A DNA stretch of 64,000 bases from Oopsacas minuta (lineage: Eukaryota > Animalia > Porifera): NCBI GenBank assembly GCA_024704765.1, contig JAKMXF010000166.1, forward strand, positions 186,001 to 250,000, read 5' to 3'. Numbering within the stretch: the stretch's first letter is position 1; each line of letters opens with the position of its first letter. The position numbers were made by a program, and so were the translations under genes. Below are positions 1-12,451 of the stretch, piece after piece. The notes under the pieces are model-generated. The model did not search any database. It was not told where the DNA came from and saw only the letters and a list, made by a program, of their open reading frames with translations.

Positions 1-1435
1 AAACTGGCGTTTTCGTTTGTTTCACAGGAATTAAAGGAGATTCTTTGTCAGATAGTTTATCAGGATATCTCGCGGTTTCAGACACCTTATCAACTTGTCT
101 GTTGAGTACAACTGGCTGTCTTTCATTCACAGGCTTAACAATAGGAATACCAACTTGGTTTACGTCATACAGATTAAGAACTCTATTTTGGCTATTTCTT
201 GCAATCAATTCATTTGCCTTTACGAATCTATCTTGGTGTAATAATGTAGATTCTGGTGCTGCAGTTTGACCTACAGGAATAGTAGATTTAGATTTATCAC
301 GTTTACGTGCTGGTGGTATAGGATAGAACTCTGAATCATCACTATTGAATACAGTTAATGTAGCATCACTATCTGCTAGATGTATGTTATTAGGAATAGG
401 TGATATAGGTCTGACGTCATCTGATTCAGAGTCTACGTGGTTAATTGTTGGGATTACAGGGAGTTCTGGTAGAATTTCAAAAGTATCATTCATCCTAGAT
501 TTACTTGGGATACTCAAATATTCTTTCGTGAATGTAGTATTAAAATCTTGCTCATTGTCCTCAATCAAGTCAGAACATACAGGATGTGAAATGTCTAGAA
601 TTTTCCTGGGAATATTTCGCTGTTGTTTAGTACTGCTTACAACCAAGGGAGTAGAATGAGAGCGTTGATGATGGTTGTTACGTGACTGTTTCTTTTTAGA
701 ACGTGAATTAGACGTAGCTCTAGAAACATGTGATTTCTTATAAACATATTCCTGATTGTCTCTATCTGTGACTAAGTCGGATTTAAAAACTTCAGTTAAT
801 TCAGATAAGAATTGTTCATCTGAGGTATCTAGCTCTGTAGGGAAAGAACCTTTATGTTCATTCTTATTCTTATATCTGGATTTCTCAGTAAATTTAGGTT
901 CAGAGAAAATATCCGTGGGTTCTTCCGTTTGATCGATAAGTTCAAAACTTTCAAAATCAATTTCATCAAATACTTCTGAAACAGAGCGAGGAATAGATCT
1001 ACCTTGTAGAATCTCTCTCAAGTACACAGTACATTCTTTGTGTTTCATTTCAGTACAGCAGTCGAGTGGTGTCTTACCGGATAAATCTTTAACACGAGGA
1101 TCGGCATTATTAGCCAAAAGTATTTTAATAGCTTCTAACTTACCCCAACTAGCTGCCACATGTAATGGTGTCTCTCCATCAACAGACTGTATATTAGGAT
1201 CAGCTTCATAGTCTAATAGAGCTTGTAATACATACACTCTATTGCTATCTGAATTAGCCGCTATGTGTAGTGCTGTAATTCCATCTTCTACAGGTTCGTT
1301 AGGGTCTATCCCTGCTTCTAACAATTTTAGAACAGATCTTAGATTGAAAGATACTGTAGCATCTAATAAAGCTTCACCCTGTGATCGAACAGATTCTTCA
1401 GCTGGGAAGTAGTAAGAATCGCTGTCATACTCCAT
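1..1435 (-). CDS. ANKLE1: Ankyrin-repeat protein, ANKLE1-like (5' part; ORF runs off the window start)
   Basis: Translated by hand from ATG at 1435 (absent from the ORF track, presumably because no stop lies in the window): MEYDSDSYYF...LLEAGIDPNEPVEDGITALHIAA...DPNIQSVDGETPLHVAASWGKLEAIKILLANNADPRVKDLSGKTPLDCC...HKECTVYL, then a long S/P/E-rich low-complexity region. The ankyrin block closely resembles the ANKLE1 N-terminus; the LEM and GIY-YIG domains would lie outside the window. Confidence 0.75.
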   Translation of the reverse strand, partial: MEYDSDSYYFPAEESVRSQGEALLDATVSFNLRSVLKLLEAGIDPNEPVEDGITALHIAANSDSNRVYVLQALLDYEADPNIQSVDGETPLHVAASWGKLEAIKILLANNADPRVKDLSGKTPLDCCTEMKHKECTVYLREILQGRSIPRSVSEVFDEIDFESFELIDQTEEPTDIFSEPKFTEKSRYKNKNEHKGSFPTELDTSDEQFLSELTEVFKSDLVTDRDNQEYVYKKSHVSRATSNSRSKKKQSRNNHHQRSHSTPLVVSSTKQQRNIPRKILDISHPVCSDLIEDNEQDFNTTFTKEYLSIPSKSRMNDTFEILPELPVIPTINHVDSESDDVRPISPIPNNIHLADSDATLTVFNSDDSEFYPIPPARKRDKSKSTIPVGQTAAPESTLLHQDRFVKANELIARNSQNRVLNLYDVNQVGIPIVKPVNERQPVVLNRQVDKVSETARYPDKLSDKESPLIPVKQTKTPV

Positions 1436-2258
1436 AAGGTCTGAAATAGTTCATTGCATTTCACTAAGAGAAATCGTTGTCTAGAATTAATCATAGAGCT
1501 TATTTTTGAGGCATTACTTCATACAGCCAACTACCATTATTTCGAAGCTCAAGTGACTGTGATAAATTACGCGGAGTTCGAAAAAACCGCTTAAACTTAT
1601 ATTACTTTGGTTTGGGAATTGGGATCATATTAGTACGATTAAGAGGCTTCCATATAAGAGGGCATTTCTATATATCCATGTTTGATACAAGTATAACGAG
1701 AGTTGACTGCAATTAGATGTCAAAATTTGTTTGTGATCAATTGTGCTGAATCCGAATTTCGTGTTTTCAAGTTTCTCTTATGTAAATATTTTGTTGTTTT
1801 TATGGATATAAAGTAAACGAATCATTCAAAAATCTCAAATATTCGTAGAGGCTTGCACTCTCAACAGACGTATAAGGGTAATCAAACAATTGCATTTGTT
1901 AGGATATTTTACGTTGGTGTTATGGTAATCAATTTTGTAACCATTTGTACAAAACTCAAGTAATACCCTCTAGAAATTCCTTTCCTAATTTTAATGTCCT
2001 TTACTTAGCTAGAGGGAGATAGTCCGAATATTCGCGATTCAAATAAACTGGCTCGTTCCGTTCAGAAATACGGAACTCTTAATTTATAGGAGGGATATTC
2101 GATCGAATAAATACGTATTGACAAGAATAACCAACTTCACAAATGGAAGAGCAATAAAATATCAAAAAAACCTACACACATAAATTTACAAACAAAAATA
2201 TACATGAAAACCGTCCCTTGAAATATACAATAACTAAATCAGTTGACTCAATATGTAA

Positions 2259-5200
2259 TCAACTTTTCCTAGCAATCCCATGTATATACCAATTGATACT
2301 CACAGTAATACTGTTATTGATAGCTTCTGCAAACTTTGCTCTAAAGAAATCTCTTGCAGTAGATTCGCTTTCATCTAGACACAATGCATCACGCATATAC
2401 GCTATATCTTCAATAGACCTCAGCTCTGGTATGCCAGTACTAAGCATCATAGATAGGAGATTAATAAATAAACTTGCATTTTGACGTAGAATAAGGTAAC
2501 CTCTTTCACATAGATTTCTGAAACCAGTCATGTGTGGGATGGCGACAGCATCTGTATGTTCTCTACCTCTGCATATAATGTATAGAAAATCACGTGTCAG
2601 GACGAATGGAACTCTCTCGCGTTTTATACCAAATTTAGACTTGAAATTGCCTAGAAAATGTCCAAAGTCAATATGGAACAGCTGACCGTTCTCTTTCATC
2701 ATGATATTGTCAGAATGTCTATCTCCTATTCCCAATACAAAAGTAGCAACACAGTAGCCAGCACATGATAATGTAAAGTTCTTAATAGCATTATCAATCT
2801 GTTTAGAGTCTTTGTTCGCATCGACAAGATAATTGTATAGGGATTGACTTGAAAATGCTCCTTTAGCTCCTCCTCCATATTTCTTATGTATTTTAGCTAG
2901 TGTATAAGAATTCAGTACAATCTCAATCATTCCTATTTGATTACCAGTTGATAAGCAACCATAAGGAGAAAGTCTCAGATCCAATCCCTGGTCCTGCCAT
3001 AGAGAATCCATTATACGAAACAACTGTATAGTAATCATGTCCTGCCTCAGATCATCTCCATTCTTAAATATTTGATACACAGATTTACCTAGCTGCTCCT
3101 GATTATTGAATACCATCCATAAAGGTTTCATCTTACTGTCCATGTATTTACATTTTGTTGATTGTAAACCATCCAATAGGAAAGTGGGATTGAGTGGAGA
3201 TGCCATTGTGAATATTTTCCCATCTGAATACTCCTGTAATTTCTCCCTCAATTTATCCTGTGTGTAACCACCTCCTTGTGTTTGCAGATTATCAGTCAGC
3301 TGTTTCATCTTCTTAAGAGCTCTAATCTGTAGATCTAGTTGTTGTGTATAAGCACCAGCTCCTCTGCAATAAGACTCTAACAGAATACCGTATCTTACTG
3401 ATAATTCAGGAAGATGCATTTCAGCTCGTAAATGCCAGAATAAGAAATGACCAATATGGGCATTCCATAGAGATTTCTCCAATAACATCACAGCAAGACT
3501 ACAGTAGAGATAGGGTTCGTACTTCAATACTTGAACAAGTTGTAACAAGTATTCAGCGAAATAATCGTCAGTCAGTTGTTGAGATAAGTTTTTAACTGCA
3601 AAATCTCTCACTGATCGGTCAGCAAAACTATAATCCAATAATTCTAGAGCTGTATTGATTGAAATCTCAGGCCATCTCTGTAGAATAACTTCTATCTCTG
3701 CTACAGAATCTCTGTTACTCCAGTCACAAGCTGTAAGCAGTTTAGGCAGAGATTCCTCACAAGTAGAACAGATCAAACGTAAATCCCAAACATACTGAAG
3801 ATCTATCTCTTCCAATTCAACTAATCTATCAGTATTAATTATCTTCTTCAACTTATCAATATGATCACTTGTGTACATTCTACCAAGTTCAATAGTCCCC
3901 TTCTTGAGGCCAGGGTTTACTTGATAAGCATGATTAGTGATCTCGGTAATATCAGGGTATTTGACCTTTGTCCTATGGAAAATTGGTATGTCAATTTCCA
4001 ACACAATTTTTTGCATGGTAGTGCCCACTACATGTGAATCAGTAGTACCAATGTAATTGAAGCATTCCTCTGGCTCTTCTTCGTATCTACGCATGTGTAG
4101 TGTTTGATGACCGTTAATGAGAATACCGTGGTAATCAAATACCATCATGTTAGCCCAGGCTAATGCCGTGAAAATAGGTTTTTTAAATCTTTTCAATGTT
4201 AATCCCTTACTGTTATCACTGGTAGCAGTAAGATTGAAACATAGCTTTGTAGAGCGAGGCATTGAACAGACAGGAACAGGGAATTCTAACCTGAAATCGA
4301 ACTGATCATTATCAAATTTGTATTCTGGAGTATTTATAATCTCTGATATAATTCTATCTCCATGATAGAGACAAGCTTGTAATTGTAGTTTATAATTTTC
4401 AGGGAGATTAGTGCTGGATATCCACTTGATAGTTATAAAATAAGTTATTTCTGGGTTAATTGACCATAAAGATGTTGTTCCCTTTTCAATTGGTACCATA
4501 GCATCAGCATACACAGGTTTAATAAATTTCGTCCTTGGAAGAGAATCATAGAGTACTTTTAAAGGAATTACTTTGAATCTTAACTCTTCTCCACGCATGA
4601 GAGCATTACGTACATGTTTATAGCGGATTATTTCAACGTGTCCGTCTAGGAAATAAGATGATTCACCCAGGACTTTAAGTACATGATCCATCTCATGTTC
4701 TTGCTGTACAGGTAAGGTAGGGTTGAGTACATTAAATACTACTTGGTTGACTGAAGCACAAGCAGGTACCAGTATCCTCATCTCAGTATTGGACTGTTTA
4801 CCGTCTTGTGAGATATAGAATATAGCATTGAACTTACCGTCTTCTGTCAATGTTTCCATCAGTAAGTCAGGTAATATTTCACCTGATGCTACCTTAGGAG
4901 GGTAATAGTAACGAGCTAAGAGATGAGAATCTGAACCTCTCTGACGTAACACTTTCTCAACAGTGTTAACTAAGTTTCTCCTACATTCCTGAACCTCACC
5001 ACCCATGATATTAAATTCTGATAGGTTCTTACTTATTAAAAGACCAATTGTCCCATCGATTATTTTATCTTCTACATTCCCAACCCTCTCCTGAACTTTG
5101 AAGAAAAATCTGTATAACTCTAGCTCTGATAATCTTTTACTTTCATCTCCACACTCTTGTCTTATACCATTTTTATTTATGGCAATGAATAGATAGAAAC

Positions 5201-5414
5201 TTTTATGTTTAAGTATTCTATTGATTGGGTCCTTACTTGCTTCTTCAAATAGCCTCTCCTTTACTTCTGCTAATGTAGCTGATAATAAAGCTTTCATAGG
5301 CAGATATATGCCTGAAGGAAGCATGAAGTGTAGATCAGCTGTAATGGAGGAAACTGATCCGTAAATGATGTCAGTCTTCTTAGGGAGAGCTGGTGGATCA
5401 GAATTCATGCTCAT
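2259..5414 (-). CDS. Class I phosphoinositide 3-kinase catalytic subunit (p110), single exon, 1051 aa
   Basis: ABD-RBD-C2-helical-kinase order; motifs IFKNGDDLRQDM, YCVATFVLGIGDRHSDNIM, FHIDFGHFLGNFKSKFGIKRERVPF. Isoform (alpha/beta/delta) not assignable by eye. Confidence 0.95.
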   Translation of the reverse strand: MSMNSDPPALPKKTDIIYGSVSSITADLHFMLPSGIYLPMKALLSATLAEVKERLFEEASKDPINRILKHKSFYLFIAINKNGIRQECGDESKRLSELELYRFFFKVQERVGNVEDKIIDGTIGLLISKNLSEFNIMGGEVQECRRNLVNTVEKVLRQRGSDSHLLARYYYPPKVASGEILPDLLMETLTEDGKFNAIFYISQDGKQSNTEMRILVPACASVNQVVFNVLNPTLPVQQEHEMDHVLKVLGESSYFLDGHVEIIRYKHVRNALMRGEELRFKVIPLKVLYDSLPRTKFIKPVYADAMVPIEKGTTSLWSINPEITYFITIKWISSTNLPENYKLQLQACLYHGDRIISEIINTPEYKFDNDQFDFRLEFPVPVCSMPRSTKLCFNLTATSDNSKGLTLKRFKKPIFTALAWANMMVFDYHGILINGHQTLHMRRYEEEPEECFNYIGTTDSHVVGTTMQKIVLEIDIPIFHRTKVKYPDITEITNHAYQVNPGLKKGTIELGRMYTSDHIDKLKKIINTDRLVELEEIDLQYVWDLRLICSTCEESLPKLLTACDWSNRDSVAEIEVILQRWPEISINTALELLDYSFADRSVRDFAVKNLSQQLTDDYFAEYLLQLVQVLKYEPYLYCSLAVMLLEKSLWNAHIGHFLFWHLRAEMHLPELSVRYGILLESYCRGAGAYTQQLDLQIRALKKMKQLTDNLQTQGGGYTQDKLREKLQEYSDGKIFTMASPLNPTFLLDGLQSTKCKYMDSKMKPLWMVFNNQEQLGKSVYQIFKNGDDLRQDMITIQLFRIMDSLWQDQGLDLRLSPYGCLSTGNQIGMIEIVLNSYTLAKIHKKYGGGAKGAFSSQSLYNYLVDANKDSKQIDNAIKNFTLSCAGYCVATFVLGIGDRHSDNIMMKENGQLFHIDFGHFLGNFKSKFGIKRERVPFVLTRDFLYIICRGREHTDAVAIPHMTGFRNLCERGYLILRQNASLFINLLSMMLSTGIPELRSIEDIAYMRDALCLDESESTARDFFRAKFAEAINNSITVSINWYIHGIARKS

Positions 5415-5625
5415 GTCTCTAATGCGTAATTACAATAAACTTATATTTTATATATTTTTACCTTAAGAAACTTGAAATAATTGACTGATAAGAAGATTAG
5501 GCACTTTTAAATTGAGATTACAATTAATTACATTCACAACTTAGAGAACAAAATAAAGGAGAATTTAAAATATATCTCTTTTTGATGTTCAGTAGATATT
5601 CCCCTCGAGCTGATTCCCAATAGTA

Positions 5626-6081
5626 TCAATTTTCTCTTGTAAGATGTATAGCTACTGGAGCTAGATCTGTTTTCATACAAAGATATTCTCCTAGAATTGC
5701 CATTATTGCAAAACTAAGCAAGTTCCCCACCCACCATAACCAATCTATAGGGAAACCCCCATAACACGTGCATACAACCAAATGTATTATGTGACAGGTA
5801 GCAGCAAAATCAATACACAGCTTAGCTCTCTGTACAATCTTCCATACGGCTATTGACAATAACAGGGAGTTAGTTAGAATAGGAATTATCTGGTACCAAT
5901 GTGTAGTTGTTAGATGATGTGAGTTGAAGATATAGGATAATGTTACACTGTCTCCTAACCACGCCGAGTCTACGACGTATACTAACAGACCGTATGAGAA
6001 GTAGTATATTGATTGTAGAGTTGTGATTTGAGCTATTATTAGCACGGGATCCCAGATGAAGGAGCGAAATACAGAGGGCAT
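5626..6081 (-). CDS. SYS1: SYS1 Golgi trafficking membrane protein
   Basis: N-terminus FRSFIWDPVLIIAQI, DFAATCHIIHL, GEYLCMKTDL and four hydrophobic segments match SYS1. Confidence 0.92.
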   Translation of the reverse strand: MPSVFRSFIWDPVLIIAQITTLQSIYYFSYGLLVYVVDSAWLGDSVTLSYIFNSHHLTTTHWYQIIPILTNSLLLSIAVWKIVQRAKLCIDFAATCHIIHLVVCTCYGGFPIDWLWWVGNLLSFAIMAILGEYLCMKTDLAPVAIHLTREN

Positions 6082-6707
6082 AATCTAGCTAGTAATAGTT
6101 TGTAATAGTAATGATTGAAATACGTATGATCCCAAAGGAATTATAAATATAGGAAAAGTGAGATTTAACTGACAGAAGTCACACAGTAGAACCTGAATAA
6201 CTTATCACTCTATAATCTGACACTTTCCCCCTAGGGCTTTGTATAAGAGTGCAGGAAGATTTTGGACAAATACATAGTCTGGAACGTGAAAATTCAGAAT
6301 CATTGCCTATCAGTATTAAATAAATATCCTTATATAGGTGTCTAAAAATGATTAGTGAGGAGTTGTGGGAATTGTGCCCAAGAATGAGCGTTGGTTTCTA
6401 CAAGTTATATTTTAGTAATTGTTTCAAAAATGGAGGAATTGAGAAAAATTATAATATCAATTCGAGATTTGAATAGTATAAGAGACAGCAATAATATAAG
6501 TGGTTTACGTAGCAAATAATAAAAAATAACCTAATATATGAATTGAATTAATAATCAATTCAATGAATAGATAATCCAACATTCAATAGGATTTTGTCAT
6601 CCTGACAGTACAGGATTATATTTTCAATTAGAGCTATCTTTAATAAAATTATAGTATAAGTGTGTTTAATAAATTAATAAGTACAGATACACATTTACAT
6701 TTCCTAA

Positions 6708-7337
<630 letters not shown>

Positions 7338-7964
7338 TTACTTTATTTTGCTCAAATCAGAGGGTTAGTAGAGATTATAAATAGAATCTGATGGAGGTGG
7401 TGGATATGGTTTCTGGGAATTATACATTTTAGGTCTTCCTATTGGAATATCAGAAAATTAGCAAAATCAAAAGTTGTTATTAAATAATAAAATATCGTAT
7501 AATTTATATAACAACCAGATTAATACGTCTAAGCGCTTTATATCATATATTCTCTGGCAAAATCTGTTCCTAACTTTTAGAGCAATTAAGAAGTATCAAT
7601 TTAGTATATAAAGCAATAACGAAAATAAATCATTTCCAGAAAAGAGGCTACATGGGATACCATGATTACAAAATACAAATTATACAATGGGTAAAATAGA
7701 ACTACGCTTTTGATGGTAGGATTAGATGCAGCTAATTTTGAGGTTTTCAGAGCTCGAAAGTAACTAATTCTCACATTTATTATATGATTAATCATATTTT
7801 CACACCTATTGCATATTATTCAAAATGATCCTAGAGGTTTCGTTTCAGTAGCTAGTCAGGGGTAATCGAGTAAGTAGATAACAATTTTTTGACGTTTTCA
7901 AATCTCTCACTCAGTGATTAATCATATGATTAATCTCATATCCAGCCAGGAGCCCAAATCAGTC

Positions 7965-8160
7965 GATCTGGTGCATTGTGGCATCTACATGGGGGTCAGG
8001 GGGGGCGTGACCCCTCTGAAAAGAACAATAACACATTACCCTGAATCTGAACTACCAGTCTATCGACTGGACATTTTTGCTAGCTTTACTCATAATTTTT
8101 CAGTCAGGTTCCCTAGGACTACGCCAATTTTTCGCGCTTCGAATATATTCTGCTCTAATT
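7965..8160. repeat. Possible degenerate non-autonomous DNA-transposon remnant
   Basis: GC-rich island with hairpin GGGGTCA-GGGGGGCG-TGACCCC and TTTTTCGCGCTTCG, resembling invertebrate MITE internal sequence. Ends not defined. Confidence 0.3.
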
Positions 8161-8309
8161 AATAGGCCAGAGGAGCATCTAGCACTCCTAGAAAGAAATA
8201 ATTGACTTCAGATAAATTTGTGTACAGAATACAGTACCAACAGCAACTGACAAAATATTCTACAAGATGTATTGAATTAAGAATTTACAACTCATTCTAA
8301 AACCGTTGA

Positions 8310-8849
8310 CTATTTTGTTAAAGTCTTTGTCAGCCAATCCATCCCCTCATTTAATCCATCTCCAGTGTATGCACAACAAGGTTGTACTAATAATTCATGA
8401 TTACATATGGAATTCAAATTCAGTTTATCTGTAATCTCTGCTGCTGTCATAGCATTAGGAATATCTTGTTTGTTAGCGAATATTAACAGAGGGATATCAT
8501 TTAGCTCATCTTCATTCAGCATTCTAGCTAATTCCTCACGTGCCTCTCCTATTCTATCTCTGTCATTGCAATCAACCACGAAGATAATACCTTGTGTATT
8601 CTGGTAATAATGTCTCCAGATTCGGCGCATATTCTGAGAACCGCCTACATCCCACATAGTAATTACAAAATCCTTGAATTCTACTTTCTCTACACCAAAC
8701 GCAAGTTTAGGGGGCGTGTATATGGACTCTCCTATCTCTAATTTATAAAGAATAGTTGTCTTACCGGCGGCATCTAATCCTACCATCAAACAACGTATTT
8801 CTCTTTTACCTATAAAATTGTTGATTGTTTTTGTAATCATCGATCCCAT
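8310..8849 (-). CDS. Divergent ARF-family small GTPase, 179 aa
   Basis: MG myristoylation start, [17 protein letters not shown]; altered switch I ([11 protein letters not shown]) and switch II (DVGGSQNMR). Confidence 0.9.
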   Translation of the reverse strand: MGSMITKTINNFIGKREIRCLMVGLDAAGKTTILYKLEIGESIYTPPKLAFGVEKVEFKDFVITMWDVGGSQNMRRIWRHYYQNTQGIIFVVDCNDRDRIGEAREELARMLNEDELNDIPLLIFANKQDIPNAMTAAEITDKLNLNSICNHELLVQPCCAYTGDGLNEGMDWLTKTLTK

Positions 8850-10000
8850 GTCAACTTTGTCCTGGACTTAATCAATTTATGATTTAATACATACCTACAG
8901 AAATGTAATCCATTATATATGTACATACGGACTAATTAGGATCTGAACTAACACATACGTATTACATTTGGTGTAGTTATTCATTATGGTAGCCACTGGC
9001 ATGTGATATGTCATCGCGAATAACGACTTATTTCTCTTTTCCAGTGGTATAATTTTGACATTTTAGTATGCCAAGCGAGTATCGATATTTTATCAGCCTG
9101 CTTTCTCCATTTATTTTAGACTATAATTGAGAGAATTTCTTTATTAACTTTCAGTTGCCAGCGAAGAAAAGGATTCAGTACTACCTTAACAAAATATTGC
9201 CACAGTTCTAGTTTTCCATTAGAATAATCCATCAGTCTTCAGCCATCATTTTACAGTTTTAGGGTTCCTCAATTTGTAAGCGTTCATTGAATCTTTGTTA
9301 GATTCTTTTATTTAGTTTATAGGAATATTGAATCAAACTGTAGCCAATATTTTTTGTTTTTCCTTAACTATTTCATCAAATAATTGTCTCTCTTTCTCCA
9401 ATATATTCGAGGAAATATTTTTCAGATTTCTGTGTTTTTATCCCATTGCGATTCAAGGTAATTACAAAACAAGTTCTGCACATTAATTTTATTAGAATTT
9501 TCCGCTTGAATATTTGTGCCCTTTTAGAAATCAGCGCAATTCCTATCACTAATTTAATATATATTTGTCTTCGAATATTATAAGTAGATTACTATCCACC
9601 CATATTCAATTCATTCATCTGAAACCTACAATTTTAACGTTAACAATCCCTTCATATCATACGCATAAATTCTAAAGATTTATTTTAAAATCTAACTAGC
9701 TTCATTTTAGAGCTTTTCGCCGACCCAAATTTATAAAATTGTTCACATTCTATGAAAATATTTTATCTGGAAGACAATCTAAAAGGTTTCGTATTCAATG
9801 TTCGATGCCATTAGGACTTATTGCCCCATGCTAGTATTTGGGGATGGATTAAATGCGTAGTTTTTGTAAGATTGGGAGGGACTAATAGGTAAGTTATTTT
9901 ATCAAAGCAAGGTTTATTTCTCAAATAATGTACTTACTAACTAATTCAAAGGGGAATTGTCTATTATCCAGGATTTTGATTGCCAAAGGTACATCCTTTC

Positions 10001-10150
10001 ACGTGGCCTTGCTAATATATTGTATCATTGAACTTATGAGAAGTAATCTCAATTGACATAATATAGAAGAGTCAATTTAATCCACGTGGCGGTAATGGTA
10101 TACCTAGTAATTTGTATTTCTATTATAGCCACGTCACCACACTCCACGTC
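10001..10150 (+). promoter_or_regulatory. Cluster of four CCACGT/ACGTGG sites (CREB3/XBP1/G-box type) upstream of ARF
   Basis: ACGTGG 10001-10006, CCACGTGG 10082-10089, GCCACGTCA 10128-10136, CCACGTC 10144-10150, in AT-rich intergenic DNA. Confidence 0.6.
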
Positions 10151-10232
10151 TATTGAATTTGCATAGCAGTAGAATTTGTATTTATTGAACTGTTTCAGTT
10201 GAATTTATTATTATCACATATCAACTCAATAA

Positions 10233-10805
<573 letters not shown>

Positions 10806-11207
10806 TTATATTGAATTACCTATACTTACTCATGATGATTATGTGTTGTTTGTTGCTGATTACACAGTATTGAATTATTTTACAATTATAGTAATGATTT
10901 GGTAATTATGAAATAATTATACTTAATTCTATCAGAAATATTACTATTCAAATTATGGGTAGTTTAACTTCGCCGAAAGTTCTTTATTGGGACTTTAATA
11001 AACTGTTTGGTAGTGCTATGTAGAGCACGAGTTTCTCTCACAATATTTTCCACATTTTTTTTTGTTATCGGGGAATTTCGTTACTAGGAGTTTCTTCACA
11101 TAACTTTACGACTCTAGTGCCATCTACTGTAAAATTTGTCCTATTCGCCTACCTACTCAATGACATACTGTGATTTACATCATTAAATGTAATTATCAAT
11201 AAACATG

Positions 11208-11349
11208 CAATTGAACTCGGATAAGACTAACCGAGGTACTTCTTATCCGAATATTTTCATATTCAATTAGTTCAAAATTGATCATCCGTTTGTAGAAAAG
11301 TAACCGATAGTACTTCTTAGGCCGACTACGTATTATCCGAGTTGGCTTA
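11208..11349. mobile_element. MITE (Tc1/pogo-type), degenerate
   Basis: Perfect 11-bp inverted repeat AACTCGGATAA (11214-11224) / TTATCCGAGTT (11333-11343). Internal sequence (aaccgaRgtact..cttatccgaatatt..cata.caattagt) is shared with 63037-63150. Confidence 0.55.
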
Positions 11350-11635
11350 ATACGTACATCGGAGATAAAGTCGCTCAGAAATTTCATCATGGTACCTACA
11401 ATGCGATCAAATAATGTATAACAAGACTCTGACCGCATTAAAAGTCTAATGTAACCCAAAGCACTTCAAAAGTGCTCTTGAAACGCTCGTATTTCGTTTT
11501 CCTATGTAAAATAAGATTAGTCATACTCATAGCACGGACTACGTTATTTATGTACGTCCCAGCTTTACTGAGTAGTCTGATATTGTGAAACATTAACTCC
11601 GGTGCATCAGCCTCTACGATTTCCGAATTACAATG

Positions 11636-11767
11636 CAGTATAACCTTCAGGAAGTGAACACCCTGGGACCAGCCAAAATGTTCACATATTAGAGGTGTTC
11701 AATTTTTATGACATGTGTGTAACAATGGAAACATTTGGAAGGGGTTCATCTTTTGCAGGTTTTACTG
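11636..11767. mobile_element. MITE (Tigger/pogo-like) just upstream of LSM7
   Basis: Imperfect ~26-bp TIRs: CAGTATAACCTTCAGGAAGTGAACACC vs reverse complement CAGTAAACCTGCAAAAGATGAACCCC; internal gaacaccctgggaccagccaaaatgttcac..agaggtgttc typical of this MITE class. Confidence 0.6.
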
Positions 11768-11824
11768 TGTTTATTTGTCTCAAAAACAATTTACACTCTA
11801 GCTGTACTCTGGTGTATACTAATA

Positions 11825-12130
11825 ATGGCAAGCAAAAAGGATTCAGTTATCAGTGCAGATCTTCATAAATTCTTGGATAAGCGTGTTCGTGTTAAGTTCC
11901 TAGGAGGCAGAGAGGTTGCTGGGATGTTGAAGGGGTATGACACAGTACTTAACCTAGTGTTGGATGGTACAATAGATTATTTGAGAGACCCAAACGACCT
12001 ACATTCTCTGTCAGGAGAAACTCGTGAATTAGGTATTTGTGTATGTAAAGGCGCTACTATACAATTGATATGTCCAGCTGATTCTATTGAAGCTATTCCT
12101 AATCCTTTCACACCTCAGCCTGATTCATAA
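11825..12130 (+). CDS. LSM7: U6 snRNA-associated Sm-like protein LSm7
   Basis: First ATG at 11825; VRVKFLGGREVAGMLKGYDTVLNLVLDGTIDYLRDP...ETRELG...IPNPF is the LSm7 signature. Confidence 0.95.
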   Translation: MASKKDSVISADLHKFLDKRVRVKFLGGREVAGMLKGYDTVLNLVLDGTIDYLRDPNDLHSLSGETRELGICVCKGATIQLICPADSIEAIPNPFTPQPDS

Positions 12131-12451
12131 AAATTTATTTTAGTAGTTTTAAACTCTTCTATTCAATTTGATTAATTTGTTTAATTACTTATTAAGACTT
12201 TTTGGATTTCTTATATCTAAGAAAATCGAATTAAAATATCAAATTCCATATATAATTGGAGAAAATGTTTCATAGAAATGTAATTTTGCAAAAGGCTTCT
12301 TGTCTTCCATCGACTCCAGGTTGGGAACCACTGTATTAGGCAAACACAATCTCAGCTGTTTTATAGGACATTGTATCAATCACTAAATCGTTATATATGT
12401 TAGATATTTCTTAGCTTATAATTTGTGAAAGTATCCCTGGTTGATCCAGTT

